From Lama guanicoe (taxonomy: Eukaryota), in assembly GCA_013239625.1 (NCBI GenBank), contig MU053823.1, forward strand, positions 395,698-459,697: 64,000 bases of DNA, given 5' to 3'. The notes below the pieces were generated by a model. That model saw only the letters and a program-made list of their open reading frames with translations, was not told the origin of the DNA and did no database searches. A program made the position numbers and the translations under genes. Shown here in pieces: positions 38,323 to 51,933 of the stretch (positions are counted from its first letter, which is position 1; every line of letters begins with the position of its first letter).

Positions 38323-38392
38323 GGCTGTGCTGTACACCAGAAATTGACACATTGTAACTGACTATACTTCGACTTAAAAAATAAATAAATAA
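38323..38392 (+). mobile_element. Short L1 3' terminal fragment
   Basis: tgtgctgtacaccagaaattgacacattgtaactgactatacttc plus A-rich tail. Confidence 0.8.
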
Positions 38393-41300
38393 GACAGCGG
38401 CCTTTCGTCTGGTTATTTCTTTTTCTATGTTTAGAGAAACCTGAACTTATGCTTTTATCCCACTTGGAAAGCTGAGGGCCAACATCGCTCACGTTTCTCT
38501 GGGCCTCCTTCCCTCTGCAACTTGACCAGTTTTTCTCCAACATTCCAGTTTGGTTTACTCTCCTCCAGATGGGGCCCCTCCGTGGTTCAGTGGAAAATGC
38601 CTTCTCTTTTCTGCCAACTTCAGGCCCAACTGTCTCCTGCTTTACCCTCACTGCTCTTTTGTGTGATCACATTCCTGTGCTTGGCTGTTTCTCACTGTTC
38701 TGAGATCCTCTGCCTTTTTCACGCTTCCCGATCTGCAAATCAACACTTCTAATTCACTTTCCATCCTTTCTTTCCTCATCCTTACAAAGCCTTACTTTCC
38801 CTCAGAACTTTCCTGAGACCAGTGCCAGGTCAGTTTCCAGGGGTTGGTTTTGGTCCTGGTTCCTTCCCTCTGTCCTCTCTTCCTCATTTACAGAATCCCA
38901 TTCTCCTTTTTGCTCCTTTTTACTCTTGGTCCATTTCTGACCCAGTGTTCTCATTTTCTCTCCTTGTTCCTCCCAAAAAAAGATTTGAAAACTTCTCACT
39001 AATGGGGTATTAATAGTATTTTTTTTCCTGCTGAACACAAATGACAACCTTCTTATATTTTGATGAAGAAGAATTATTTGAACTAAATGGATCTGTAATG
39101 TTGGAATGTAAAAAAAATCTGGTAAAAGTGTCATTAGGCAGTTTGAGATTAAATGCCTTCCTGGTACCCTGAAGAAACTGCAGCCTTACCTGCCTACCCG
39201 TAAGTTTTACCCTTATTTCCTCTTCCCAAACTGAGTTGATCCTGCTCTGAGCCTAACTTTTTCCATATTTCATGCAATTCTCCTTCCTCCTTGAATGCAA
39301 GTTCTGAAAATTCAAGGGTGCACTCTCCTGTCTCAACAGAGCTCTGTGCACTTTCTCTAAGTACTCGTTTGACTCAGATGGTGCTAACCCCAGCTGTCTC
39401 CCCACTTCTGACCCATCGTTTTGATGACATCAAGCCGTATATGCTGCCAGCCGCAAGCTCCTCCCTCCTCTGCTTCAGGGTGCTTGTGGTGAAAGTTGAT
39501 GTTTCCCCAATTACTTTACACCTGGTCAGAAGGCACAAGCAACTTGCAAGCTCTCAGGTCCCCCTTCCTTCTGTACCGAAGCAACTGTAACAGTGAAAAA
39601 AAGAAATCTGAGAAGAAACAGAAAAGAAGTTGGACGAGTACCAGACAGGGGCACAAGGAGACGGCAGAGTGATGGCAGGTTGACTTCAGGGCAAGCGAAC
39701 CCGGAGGCTGGAAAATGGGAATTCACAGCTCTGTATGGGTGAAGGGAATTTGCAAAATGTGCTGAAGAGGACCTGAGATACCTGGAACCTTACAGGGTAG
39801 ACGGGCAGGGAGACAGGACAGTCCTTAGTTTAGTCAGCTCAGGGAAGCAAAGATTTGGCTAAAAATACAGCTCTCCAATAAAAATTGAAATCTTTGTACA
39901 CTTGAGCATTTTCACTAACGAAACACCAGGGAAAGTGACTTGAGTTTCTCTGCGGTGCAGAGAGGAACAGATGGCCACAGTGTTGTTTTTTTTCTCTTTC
40001 TTTCTTTCTTTTTTTTTTTTTTTTTTTTAAAAACCAGTCAACCAGAGCCAGAAGCAGCGGTCAGACAACTTCTGGGCAGAACCAAAGATGGAAAAGCAAA
40101 TGTTGTTTATATAAATAGAGGTGCAGGGCCCATAGCTTCCTGTTGACAAAACAAGCTTCACTTCACCTCAAACCCTCAATGGTTTTAAAAATAGCTGATA
40201 ACGGGGCTTTTTTTTTTTCTCTTTCAATTTGTCCAATCACTTTCAGTAAGATTCTAGTATTTTCCAGACCCAGTGGTTCTGCAGTTCTTTTCTCTGTCTC
40301 TGGTCTTCTTCTGTTTCCTCTCCCTTTTTCTTTCTTCTGTGTGTTTACCTAGCCATAAATCTTCTGTGTAGCTTTTCGGAGTATGTTATCATAACAATCC
40401 ATGGGGATTGAATTCAGGATGAGCTCATAAATGTGTGTGAGATTCACCTCCTCCCCTCATCCCCTTTTAAAAAGTAATAGATGGGCTTTGAGCAAGTATA
40501 AGGAAATATTTTCATGGAAAAAAATCTGAATTACACTTAGTGGATTGAGGGGCATTGAGGTGTCAGCTGCATGATTATGTTTTCCAAATGGACAAACAAG
40601 AGGGGTTATAATGAAGGGTAATGAGAACTGCATAGAAAAACATTGTTTCCTGTTGTATAAAATCACATCCATACATCCATCCAATCTTGAAAATGGATGA
40701 GATTTAGGTGGAGGGGGGAGAAAAATCAAGTAATATTAATACAAAAAAGCCTATGAAAATGTGTGCCATTAACATCAAAATCAATGTGTGGAAAACAAAA
40801 ATTACTTTAAAATGTCCACATAAAATCATGAATGACAGCTTCTTAATTGGTTATTAAGAGAAACCAGTTTGTGTGTCGGAAAGTGATAACTTGACAATTA
40901 AACAACTGTCCTCTTTCCTGTCACCATTATCTCAATCTCAGAGTAACTAGGAAAGACCTGACATCATGTAATAACTGATAATTGAAGTATAATAATTCAT
41001 AAATTAAATCATGGATTTAATTCATAAGAATGATAGTATGTTCTAATGACATACAGCAGGAATAATTACTCTTGCCATGTAGAAACTAAAAAAATACTGT
41101 ATCATCTATGCATAGGGTAGACCCCAAATCACGGTTGTAGGTATAATAAAATACGCATTTATAGCATCCTATTCGTTTTCATATGAATGGACTGGTATTA
41201 GTTTCAGAGCGGTCCTGACATAGCACCCACTAGTCGTGTGATCCTAAGGGAATAACGTGTCAACTGTAAATTGGTGGCAATACATCTGCCTTACAAGTGA

Positions 41301-41650
41301 TTCTGAGAATTAACATGTATTCAAAGGTTTTGCACCTGTAAGACTATTCAACAAGCCTGTGGGACTTTTTCACTATAAGACATCATAAATCGACTGTATT
41401 TCAGTTTAAAAAAAAAATTAAGGATACCAAACAAAGCAACAACAACAAAGACTATAGGACTTTTTTCCTGGGTAAGTCAATTGTCTGCTCCCTGCTTCTG
41501 AGTAGGCTGACTCTCTCCCTTCTCACAAAGCAAGCTGACCCTTGGCAGTTAGCCAGTGAGTGGGGAGGTATGGGAACCCACAAAGGGTGTACAATGCCGC
41601 AGATGCTAGCTTCTCTACAGTTTGGGCTTCCTAATTTAAATTTTAATTTT

Positions 41651-41725
41651 TAATTGACACAACATTGTAAACTGACTACAACTCAATAAAAAATAAAAAT
41701 AAATAAGTAAATAAATAAATAAAAA
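41651..41725 (+). mobile_element. Short L1 3' terminal fragment abutting the RPL18 pseudogene tail
   Basis: aattgacacaacattgtaaactgactacaactcaataaaaaa. Confidence 0.8.
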
Positions 41726-41730
41726 TTTTA

Positions 41731-42290
41731 TTTTTTTTTTTTTAGCAAAAATCTTTATAGCAGGGCAGGATCTGGGTTTGTTTTTGTGGCCACAGCTGAT
41801 GGGTCAGCCCTTGGTGCTGGAACCCACGGGGCTTGAAGGTAGGATTGGTGGGGCTGTGCGGGGGTCCCCGGGACCTTGCCCAGACCCTGGACGCCTGGCG
41901 GCCTGTGCCAGGACTGGAGGGCAGGACCATTCCAGCCCTGGGGGTGGAAAGCAAGGATCCACCCTTGGGGATCCAGCTCCAGACACGGTTGTCAGGACCC
42001 CTGCATCATCAGGAGAAACCGACAACCTCAGCTGTTCTGTCTTCCCAGGTAGGAAGCTTCCTTCATCTTCCAGGTTGTCCTGAAAGGGGACAGGGGACAG
42101 AGGGGCTAGTTGGGGGCGACTCATGAGCAACCTGTTCAGCACAACTTGGCTGAAGGTGGCGTTGGTTGGTCTGGCCAGCTTGACAAAAGGCCTTCAGGAG
42201 ATGTCCTGGCCTTGGGCTCTCTGCACTGAACTTTTTGGTCCTCGTTGTGGCAGATGACTCCCATGATGGCACCTATGGCTTAGCCAGGTT
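41731..42290 (-). pseudogene. RPL18: Processed pseudogene of ribosomal protein L18
   Basis: Minus strand reads gccatcATGGGAGTc..CACAACgAGGACC...GAGCCCAAG..CAGGAcATCT...GTTGTGcTGAAcAGGTTGcTcATGAGTCGC...CCCCGCACAGCCcCACCAA...AAAGATTTTTGCT + polyA. This matches the recalled intronless RPL18 mRNA, with ATG at 42264 and many indels. Confidence 0.9.
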
Positions 42291-42297
42291 TGTATTT

Positions 42298-42424
42298 TGT
42301 TTGGTTGGTTTTGTTTTTTTGGTTGTTGTTCGTGTTTTTTTGTTAATGGAGGTACTGGGGATTGAACCCAGGACCCTGTGCATGCTGAGCACATGCTCTA
42401 GAGCTGAGCCATAACCACTCCCCT
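42298..42424 (-). mobile_element. Camelid SINE
   Basis: Reverse complement of consensus. Confidence 0.9.
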
Positions 42425-43289
42425 GTTTGCGTTTAACAAACATCGTCATTCCATTCTGAGAGCAACCTGTGAGGTGGGCAGCAGAGGGATCATTGTTCTC
42501 AGTTTTCAGGGAACAAGGTTTATAGAAGTGAGGAGACCTGCCAACTGGATCAAGTTTAGCGCGGCAGAACCCTGCCTGAACTCAGAGTCCTAAAACTTCA
42601 GTTAATGTTTATTAGGTTGCAAAAAGAAGACTCTGAAATGCCTTGTTTAGAAACCAAAAGCAGTTTACCTGCTTGCCAAAGAAGGTCTGTGATGGAGTCC
42701 AGACTGTAGACTGCAGGCATCCCACACACCACCAGGGAACTGTGCGACTCCGTGGAGACAGCCAGTGGTCCTGAGCCACCAATCTCGTTGGAAGGAAGAA
42801 CGTGGGAAACGCCAAAGATGGTCATGTTTTTCCTCTTCTCCAAAGGATGGAGAATCAGTTTGCTGACTAGTCAGTTTTTCAATCACGGTCTGACTTCTTC
42901 AGGAAACAGAGCAAGTGTTCCAGAGCACAAATTCTGGAGCTAGACTACATGGGTGCAAATCCTGACTCTACCGCTGTGATCTTAACCTTTCTGTGCCTCA
43001 GTTTCCCCATCTGTAGAAGGAGAGCTCAGTGATACTGAACCCTTGGGACTATTTTAAGATTAAATGAAGTTGGTGTTTAGAAAAGCCCTTGGCACGTGGG
43101 CTCCCATGTCAGTGTCAGTCATTTTCCTTCAGTCAACAACAATTCTTATGCCTGGCCCGGTGCTGGGGATACAAAGGTGAGTAAGCCACGGTCCCTTCCC
43201 TCAGTGAGACTAGAGTCACTGCTTTAGTACTCAGCTTGTTTCTGCTTTGAATAACACCTTTTACCTCCTACAAAGGCATGTGATTTCTT

Positions 43290-43432
43290 GTTTTCCTTGG
43301 GGGTTTTATTTATTTTTCCTTTTTTTTTTCCACTGGTGGGGAGATAATTAGGTTCATTTATTCTTAGAGGAGGTACTGGGGATTGAACCCAGGACCTCAT
43401 GCACTCTACCACTTGAGCTATACTCTTTCCCT
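43290..43432 (-). mobile_element. Camelid SINE
   Basis: Reverse complement of consensus with internal deletion. Confidence 0.85.
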
Positions 43433-43779
43433 TGGTTTCATTTTTGATTAAAGATAATGCTTTCATTTGCACAACAAATTGATCATGTTTCCTCCTGTTC
43501 AGGGACAGAGAGATCCTTAATTTTGTACAGCTTGCCCCATAGCCTTCTGATAAGCACCTGTTCTGGTCAACTCAGTTTTCCATTTATATCTGAGTTCTTT
43601 TCTTCCCGGCCTCATTTCCATTCTTGTCTCTCCTCTGTCCCCGGGAACAAATCACCTTTGCTTCTCTTAGCTATGGACTTTCTCCTCTGCTTACACATCC
43701 CAACAGAGAATACCCGTCATCACTCTTGTCCTAACTCTGGCTGTTCAGCCCCTAGACATCTCTGAATTAATCCGGATTT

Positions 43780-44070
43780 TTAAATGTTTTATTTTGGTGA
43801 AATTCACATAGCATGAAATTAACCATTTTCGAGTATACAATTCGGTGACACTTAGTACACACATTGTTGTCCAAATACCACCTCTGTGTATTTCCAAAAC
43901 CTTATCACCCCAGAAGAAAACCCCGTATTCACTAAGCAGTCATTTCTATTCTCCACCGCCTGCCCCGCCTCCCACCTCCACCCCAGCACCTGAGAACCAC
44001 CAATCTGCTCTCTGCTCCTCTGAATTTATCTATTCTGGATATTTCATGCACTATGTGGCCTTTTGTTTCT
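43780..44070 (-). mobile_element. Old L1 (L1MB-like) 3' end
   Basis: gtgaaattcacatagcatgaaattaaccatttt...tattctggatatttcat. Confidence 0.75.
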
Positions 44071-44162
44071 GCCATAACCGGAATTTTTAAGATTATCTGT
44101 ATGGGACATAAGTTATCAGCTGCATAGCATATCCAAGATAATTGTCTCAACAGAAAGAACTT

Positions 44163-44480
44163 CCTCACAGACACAGAAAACAAACTTATGGTTACGGGGG
44201 GGAGGGGTTGGGAAGGGATAAACTGGGAGATTTGCAGATACAAACTAATATATATAAAATAACAACAAGTTATGAACAGGAAGTTCATATTGTAGAGCGC
44301 AGGGAACTGTATTCAATATCCTGTAGTAGCTTATGTTAAAAAGAATATGAAAATGAATATATGCCTGTTCATGTATGACTGAAGCATTGTGTGGTACATC
44401 AGAAACTGACACAACACAACATTGTAAACTGACTATACTTCAATAAATGTATATATACACACACAACAACAACAAAAAAA
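44163..44480 (+). mobile_element. Young L1 3' end (camelid type)
   Basis: ctcacagacacagaaaacaaacttatggttac...gactatacttcaataaa; TSD aaagaactt. Confidence 0.88.
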
Positions 44481-47338
44481 AGAACTTCAACATCACTTCT
44501 TTTTATGTTGTAGCGTATCTCCTTTAAGGAACCTGTGGCTGGAGGTCTGAAGTAACCAGGATGTGTGAGGCAGGGCCGTGATGAATAAATTAACCAGAGC
44601 TGAGTGAACTGAATGGGTCTCTAATTGTGCTGAGGAAATAGATTCTGCCTGTCCCCCTCTGGTAACAAAGCAAAGAGATCTTGGTGGTACTTTTAGTCAA
44701 CGTGTAGATGGGATGGCGGGATGGCAGAGGGGGAAAGACATGGGGGTCCCAAGGAGGGAGGAAACCAGGCTCACTCGCTCAGGAATTGGGGGCTGTTGAT
44801 ATCAAGTACCTGTTTCTCAAATCTCTAAGATACTGAATTAGTTAAATCACAAAGAGGTATGAAAAAAAGAGGGGGCGGTATGATCAAATTGGTAGTGATG
44901 AAATAATTATTGTAGAAGAAAGTTGTATCAGCACAGACAACCAAGAGGTGAGGATCAAGGAGGAAGAATTTGCCAAGAGGGTGTCAGGACTTCCTCAGGA
45001 GGGTGACCTGATTCCCAGTAACTGTTGGTGACTATTTAGACAGAAATAGAATGCAGAATGGCAAATCTACAGGAAACATTTTAAATCTGCAATTCTTACC
45101 TCAGAAACTGTCCCTAATCCATCTTAGAGCTATTTTTTATCATGATTTCAGTCAATGAAATCACATCACTCCTTACATGACATCATTCCTTATATCACTG
45201 AGCAAACAAATACTCTGAAATTTGGTCTCTGGCATGCAGATACCCATCAAGAGGAGAAAAAGACCTGCATCCTATTTGGAGCATTTCTAATGTCCCTTGG
45301 CACTTCAACTGCTTAATAAGCAAACAAACACACACATACACACAAATCTTTCAAAAGTATATAAAGTCACAGAATTTTAGAGCTCGGGAGAGACTTTAGA
45401 GTCCTTCTGAGGCAATGTTAACTGACCACCTGCTTGGAATTAATGGGTGTTTGTCAAAAAGGCAAAGTCCTGGGCTGCACTCCAGAATTACTAAATCAAA
45501 ATCTGTAGGGATTAAACACCAGAATATGCAATTTTATGCACTTACTCATACTGAAATGAGAACCTCAAAATTACTCACTCCCATTTTATTACTGACCAGA
45601 AAAACTTTGAACCATGGGAACAGATAACCTTTTGATGAACACAATTTATATTTTTCAAATATATCAGCTGTTATATTTTATAAATACAGTTGTTCTTTAT
45701 AGAACAACTTCCATTTACTAGGCCACATGCTGAATGACTTCTTTATTTTTAACAGCCTTAAGATAATTGTTTCAACTCTCTGGACCTCAATGGTCACATC
45801 TTAAAATTCAGATAATAGTTCCCAGCTCTTAGACTTAAATGAAATAATATATGTGACATGCTTCGCACAGAACCGGACTGAAAGTATGTTCACAATAAAG
45901 GTTAGCGATTATTACCTTTATTTATTCAAATTCTATTTATGGAGGGACTAAAACGTGACAATAGGCAGTACACAAAGACAATCACTAGGAAGTGGTGAAG
46001 ACAATTTAAGTCCTCCTGTGTTTGATTACAAAAACCTAACTTTTCCCTCTATCCTATACTTTGTCTTTTATGTGCACAATCGATGAAGCTTTAATTAATT
46101 TTCCTATCAAAAATAACTCTTTCTTTAGCCTTTTGACAAGCCCCAGGCTTTTGATTAATACTTATTTGTTCTCTCAACCTCTAAGTCCCAGGCAGCTGCA
46201 CAGCAGAAGTTGAGTAATTCCTGTATTTGTGTAAAAGATCTGTCCCTCAACTTCTTCACACCCCAGAGAAATTCAGTAATATGGCTGACAGTCAACCGAG
46301 AAAAAACAAAAATTGGGAAATGCAGAAGTTGAGGCACCCAAAAGACCACACTTTAACCCACGCGGAAACATCTTTGGGCTCTTTTTCAAAAACAACAAGG
46401 TATCATATTGAACAATCTACCTGGTGTCCAAAAATAGCGGCCTGGGGAGTCATTGTCTGAGCATCTTGGCTCTGAGACGCAGGAATGTACATTCTGGAGA
46501 ATCCCAGGGGGCCTTCTGGCCTCATGCACTGGCCATAATGAAACCCCACCTTATGCTTCCCATGATGAAGGTTAACAGTGGTGAAGTCCAGGTGTCCAAG
46601 CCTTAACTCAGCTACCAGGGGCACAATTTCCAAGCCACATTGTTTCTGTTAAAAGTAAACCAACCAGGCTGTCCTGTGGTTTTCAACTTTTCAAGAGAAG
46701 CTGGTGAGGGGGAAAAGGTAGTCAGTAAGGAAAATAACTTTTAAAAATAACTGGAAAAAAACCCCCACTGAATTGTTTTTTTAATTCTGACTACTAACTC
46801 CAGATCTCCAGGAATGAAAAATGCTATTGTCACTCTAAGAGATGTGCTTTTCTTTAACAGTAGAAAGGTGAGCAGGAAATACAGCTTTCTCAGAAATAGT
46901 TGTGTTCTTATGCTGAGTAAATCATGCCTCTTTAGCAACTTTTTTTTGCAGCCATTATGCAAGTTATTTTGTTAGAAAGCTTTCCTTAAGAAGCTTATGA
47001 GAAATCTGAATAGCATCTCATTTTTGTCTGCCATCATTATTTGGTTAGGAGGCATCACTCAAACCAGAACAAGCCACTCATTGTTGCTGAAACTTAGGAA
47101 GCACGTCTTTAGAGTCCTGCCTTTGCTCATGCTGTTTCTGACACTAGGGGCAAAGATGAGAAATTGTATCGAGCACGTTCACATATTTCAGATACCCTGC
47201 TGTCACGCACGCACACAGTAAAGCTAAGGAGGTTCTTGGAATGACGCTATGGGGAAAGAATTCTTTCCCAACGCCATGCCTCTCATATGTAAAAGGTCTA
47301 GATCTAGGGCACAAGTTCATCTGCAAAGACTGTCCTCC

Positions 47339-47423
47339 GGGTGGGTGGCCATAGCTCAGTGGTAGAGTGCGTGCTTAGCACTGGGTTCAGTCCCCAGTAC
47401 CTCCATTTAAAAAAAAAAAAAAA
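47339..47423 (+). mobile_element. Camelid SINE (internally deleted)
   Basis: TSD-like aaagact..cctcc on both sides. Confidence 0.85.
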
Positions 47424-48199
47424 AGACTAGCCTCCAGAAATTCTCAGCTCCGAACACTTTATTAAAATTTTACCCATTTATCAAGGTCTCATCAAGCCCT
47501 AGGCCTATCGTGAAGCATCAGATGATGGATTCTTCTGCCTCTGAACTCACGGCACTGAGCGGGCGGCATGTGTCCCGTTACTAAGAGTAGGAGACCACTG
47601 TTCGAGATACCTTCGCAAGAATTCTCTGTAGAGAATATGGAACTCAGTTTGTTTTTCCCATTAAATTGCGCTACAAAGAAGAGAAAAATAAGAAACGCTA
47701 AGAATCGGAAGCTATAATCCCAAACCACCCATGTTACGCTGAAACTTCCCTGGAATCTGTGTTTTGCCTTTAACATGTACGTGATGCTCTACTGACTTGT
47801 GGGCCTGCCAGATGTGGGCTTACTCTCCAAACAGGGAAAATAAAAATTGCTATAATCTTCCATGTCGTGAGGAATTTTACTTTTTATATGAGGGTGCGAG
47901 AGGACAACAGGGAAAAGCTTTAAGTCTAGGGACTAGGGAAAACTAATGTGCATATTATAATATTCTACTCAAAATAATTTTCAGTAAAAACAGTTTCGCC
48001 CTAATCTTTGGAAAACCTGTGTGTTCTAGAATAGCATGACCTGTTGATCCTGTCGTTTTGACCCAGATTCAATCATAGCTCCAGATATGCCTAACCCATT
48101 CTGAGACACACAGGGCTAGGTGAATGCTAAGAGTCCTTCAACTTCAACTTCAACTGCTATGATTCTGTAATTTTAATTTTAGTCTTTTATTGACATTTA

Positions 48200-49150
48200 A
48201 TTCTTTTATATTGTCATTTAGTTAAGCTCAGCCTCATGCTTTCTCATAATAAGCCTTCCAAAGAGAAATATAAATTAGGGGAAGAGAAAAGGAAATGCCA
48301 GGGTGGTGGGATAGAGTTGAAATTATAGATACGGGGACAAGGGAAAGCCTCAACTATGAGGGAGTATGTGAGCAAAGACGTGAAATAAACATGGGATGAA
48401 GCCATAACGATGTGCAGGGAAGAGGAACCCAGCAAGCGCAAAGCTCCAAGGCAGACATGTGAGCAAGGAGAAAGCAAGGCAGGGCGGATGGTAGAGGGTC
48501 CCCCCAGCCCTTGTGAGGATGCTGGCTTACTGAGAGAATGAGGAGCCGTGGAGAGTTCTGCCCACACGTGACGTGATCTGAAATGTTTGGAAGGGATTGC
48601 TGTGTGGAGAAGAGACTGTAATTGAAGAAAGGTGGAAGCAGGAAGACCAGTTAGTTGAGAAGCTAAACGCAATGATCCGGGTTGCTCAGACTGTGAGGTG
48701 GTGAAACGTGATCAATGCCCGGATTGATTCTGCAAGTAGAGTCAGTAGGGTTTGCTAACGGACTGGGTGCGGGTTTAAAAGGAAGCGAGCAATCAGGGAG
48801 ATGGCCAGGTTGAGCCCTGGGAAGAATGCCATTGCCCCTGAGACAGGGAAGGTGGCGGGGTGTGGGGAGAGCAGGTGCTCCGTGTGAGCCATGTTTGAAA
48901 AGCCCGTGAGACATCCAGACGGAGGTGCAGAAACGGAAGGTGGACATACCTGCCCCAAGTTCGAGGGAGCGCTCTGGACGAGGACTATGGATTTGGTGAT
49001 CGTCGATGTATAATCAGTATTCAGAGCCTTGAGCAGGAAGACAGCAGGGGCCCTCGCTGCTTTGCTGACTATTTGTATCCCCAGCTCCTAGCAGAGTCTC
49101 TGTCATCTGATAGGTATTAAATCTCCTTTGGATAAGTAAATAGAATGCAG
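48200..49150. mobile_element. L2 remnant upstream of AICDA
   Basis: Degenerate L2 motifs (gaagcaggaagaccagttag, gtgagacatccagacggagg). Confidence 0.65.
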
Positions 49151-49879
49151 ACGGACTCGGGTAGGAGAGAGGAGCAGCACCTTCAATAGACCGGCTTGCA
49201 CGAGGAAAGGAACTTAAAGCCTCTTGTTTGAAAAACTGAACCTGTTTTCCAAGTTCAATGCACTCATTTAGATGCTGATTCTGTCTGATGAAATAAACAA
49301 TTTTTTTTTATGTTGGAGAGGCTGCTGCTTCTGAGTTCAAATTCATACGGCTTTTGTGGAAAAGATGGGTTTTAGGCAAAAATTACTTTCTGGTGTAATC
49401 ATCTAGTCTTCAAAAATTTTTTTTGAAAAATAATAGGAGATTATTTAGGTGATGCTGCCATAGACAACAGGTGCCTGTGTGAGCCTAGCAATTTTTGGAT
49501 TACAGTCAGGGAGAGAGAGAGAAAAAAAAAGAAAAAAAATCAGGTTTGGAAGGCAAAATTTCTACGTCCTCTACAACTGACTGAGCTGGCGTGCTCAGTC
49601 ACAAAGCAGGAGCTGGTCTCCACTGAGGCTCAGAGATAACTGTGTAATTAAATGAGGGAAAAGATGCTTTTGGCTTACAGAACACAAGATGGTTTTTAAA
49701 TAAACATTATTATTACACTTTTAAAATTAAAGATATTGTCTATTAGCATGAGCCCAAGTTACAAAGGGTCTACCCCTCCTGTCTCCTTGTCTTTATTACC
49801 AGTGGAACACAGACTGAATTTTTCCAGAAACAGCCCTAAAGGAACCTATACATTAAGCAGACCATTTTACCTATGGGAT

Positions 49880-50103
49880 TCTGCCTCTGACAGCCCCGCC
49901 CATCTTCACTGGACCCAAACAGGAGGAAGGCTGCTGGGGTACCTGGTGGTGGTGATGCTCTTGGGGGAGGAGCCCAAGGGGTTAAGTTTAAATTTGAATG
50001 TGAGGGGCCAATGCACTGTCAGTCATTGCAGCAGCAGAGAGGAGGCAAGCTTTCCTTGGCTTAGGACTGTCAAGGAGCCAAGAGAGCCACCCTGGATTCC
50101 ACC
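49880..50103 (+). promoter_or_regulatory. AICDA: AICDA proximal promoter and 5'UTR
   Basis: Sp/NF-kB element GGGGAGGAGCC at 49964-49974 and HoxC4/Oct element ATTTGAAT at 49992-49999, both described for the human and mouse AICDA promoter. Confidence 0.85.
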
Positions 50104-50111
50104 ATGGACAG
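50104..50111 (+). CDS. AICDA: AICDA exon 1 coding part (ATGGACAG)
   Basis: Kozak ccaccATGG; donor |GTAAAG; same 8-nt coding exon as human. Confidence 0.96.
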
Positions 50112-51301
50112 GTAAAGCAGGCTGCTTGTGGGTGGTTGCCTTGGCCTCTGTCCCAGAGCCAATGGGAGTACTTTGATGAGTAGCTGGTCCTTTCTCCCCT
50201 GTCACTGTCTGACTCACAAGATCTGCTTGGGTCAAGATGCACATTTTTTTCTCTGGATCTGTCTCATCTTCTGTTCAGATATTACCTGCTCTCCGCCTAA
50301 CTCTCCCTTTCTCTCTCCTTGCCACATTCAAAAGAAATTTTATGCACCATGTGTCGACATATCCTTGCACTTAGAGCTAGTTTATGGTAGTCATACTAAC
50401 CCAGCAAATGTTAAGAGACTCAAATCATGAAAAGGTCACAGCAACACTATACTAAAAACAGTAGTGGTAATTGTAATAATTCTGTAAACCTTTAATTATA
50501 AAACCCCTTAAAGCAAAGCTTTCTTAGGGAGACGTTACTGAGTAATTAGGCAGTAAGGAAATTATTTTTAAATGTCTACATTCATAATTAATTGCTTGCA
50601 ATTCACTATGACTGTGTCTATCATATTCAGTCAAGCAACTTATTGAATATTATAGGATCAGTTGTCAGGCAGTTAATGACATTTTTGCTATTTGCCTAGT
50701 CTTTCAATTCTTTCAGACGTAACTTACTTCTTGAACGTGTACTCTGTAAGATTTCTACAATGTCTCCATAAGTGAAGCTTATGACACTTAAGTTATTATC
50801 ACAGAACTTATTCTATTTCTATTTTTATGATTACTGCAAATGCATGAAAATTTACACCAAATCCTTATATTTCATCTCCATTTAATTCTTTTGCAAAGAA
50901 TTTAAACTATATAGCTAAGAATCTTCATGGTAGATTAAATGCTTTTCAGAAAATTTTGAGGGCAAAATGTCCAATGTCAGCTGAGTTTACAGTGAGATTT
51001 TGAAAACTAACCTGAGGTACTGAGAGAGGAAAACGGCTCAGTGGAGATGCTTGTAAATAATGAAATGCAAAGCCATGGTAAATCTGAGTTGACCTTCAGA
51101 GAAAGTCAGAGGAGGAGGAAAGATGAAATTCAACAGGAGAAAAAGGGAAATGTATGATTTTCATTCAGGAGAATCACATCAGCAGAGCAGAGACGTGCTG
51201 GCACGTGGGCAGGAGAGGATGGCTTTGTATGATTATTTTTAATCCGTTTGTCTCTGGTTTGCATTGACGGGGATGTAGCTCGGGTTCTGCCTCAGGGAAC
51301 A

Positions 51302-51320
51302 CAGCTGTCCTGAGCAGCTG
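51302..51320 (+). promoter_or_regulatory. Tandem E-boxes (CAGCTG x2) of the AICDA intron-1 enhancer
   Basis: CAGCTG at 51302-07 and 51315-20. Paired E2A sites in Aicda intron 1 are established. Confidence 0.7.
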
Positions 51321-51794
51321 TCAACCTGTGGGCCTGAAAACTGCCTCTGCTGAGTCCTTCGAACTCTAAAGAGAAAGCAGAGGAAAACAAGGTGCTGGGA
51401 ACAGGCTCCCAGCTACAGTCAAAGGGACGCGATGGATCAAGAAAGTTAACAGGGCAGTCATGCAATTCGCCTTGCTGTGCCTGGTAACTTCTGATGGATC
51501 AGGACGAGTGTATTTTCACGGTGGGAAGGAGGTAGAAAGCCATCTCAGTCTCCTTCCCTACATCACGTCCTTTCCTACACTCCCAGAACACTTCCTCCTC
51601 CTCCAGGTAACAGCGCCCCCCCCACCAGCAGTGCGGGCTTCAGTTCCCCACTGCCCCCACCTCTCGTCCACACAGCCCAAGAGGGCTGGTTAAATGTAAA
51701 AGGCATTTATTGCTAAGAGATGATGTTTACTCTATTTAAACCTGACTGCACCCCAAAGAAATATTTTTTCTTCTTCTTCAGTATTTATTAGGCA

Positions 51795-51933
51795 TTTTTT
51801 GTTTGTTTGTTTGTTTGTTTGTTCATTTGTTTTTTGGAGGGGGGTAATTAGGTTTATTTGTTTATTTTTTTTATGGATGTACTGGGAATTGAATCCAGGA
51901 CCTTGTGTATGCTCAGCATGCGCTCAACCGCTG
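51795..51933 (-). mobile_element. Camelid SINE with (TTTG)n tail
   Basis: Reverse complement of consensus. Confidence 0.85.
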
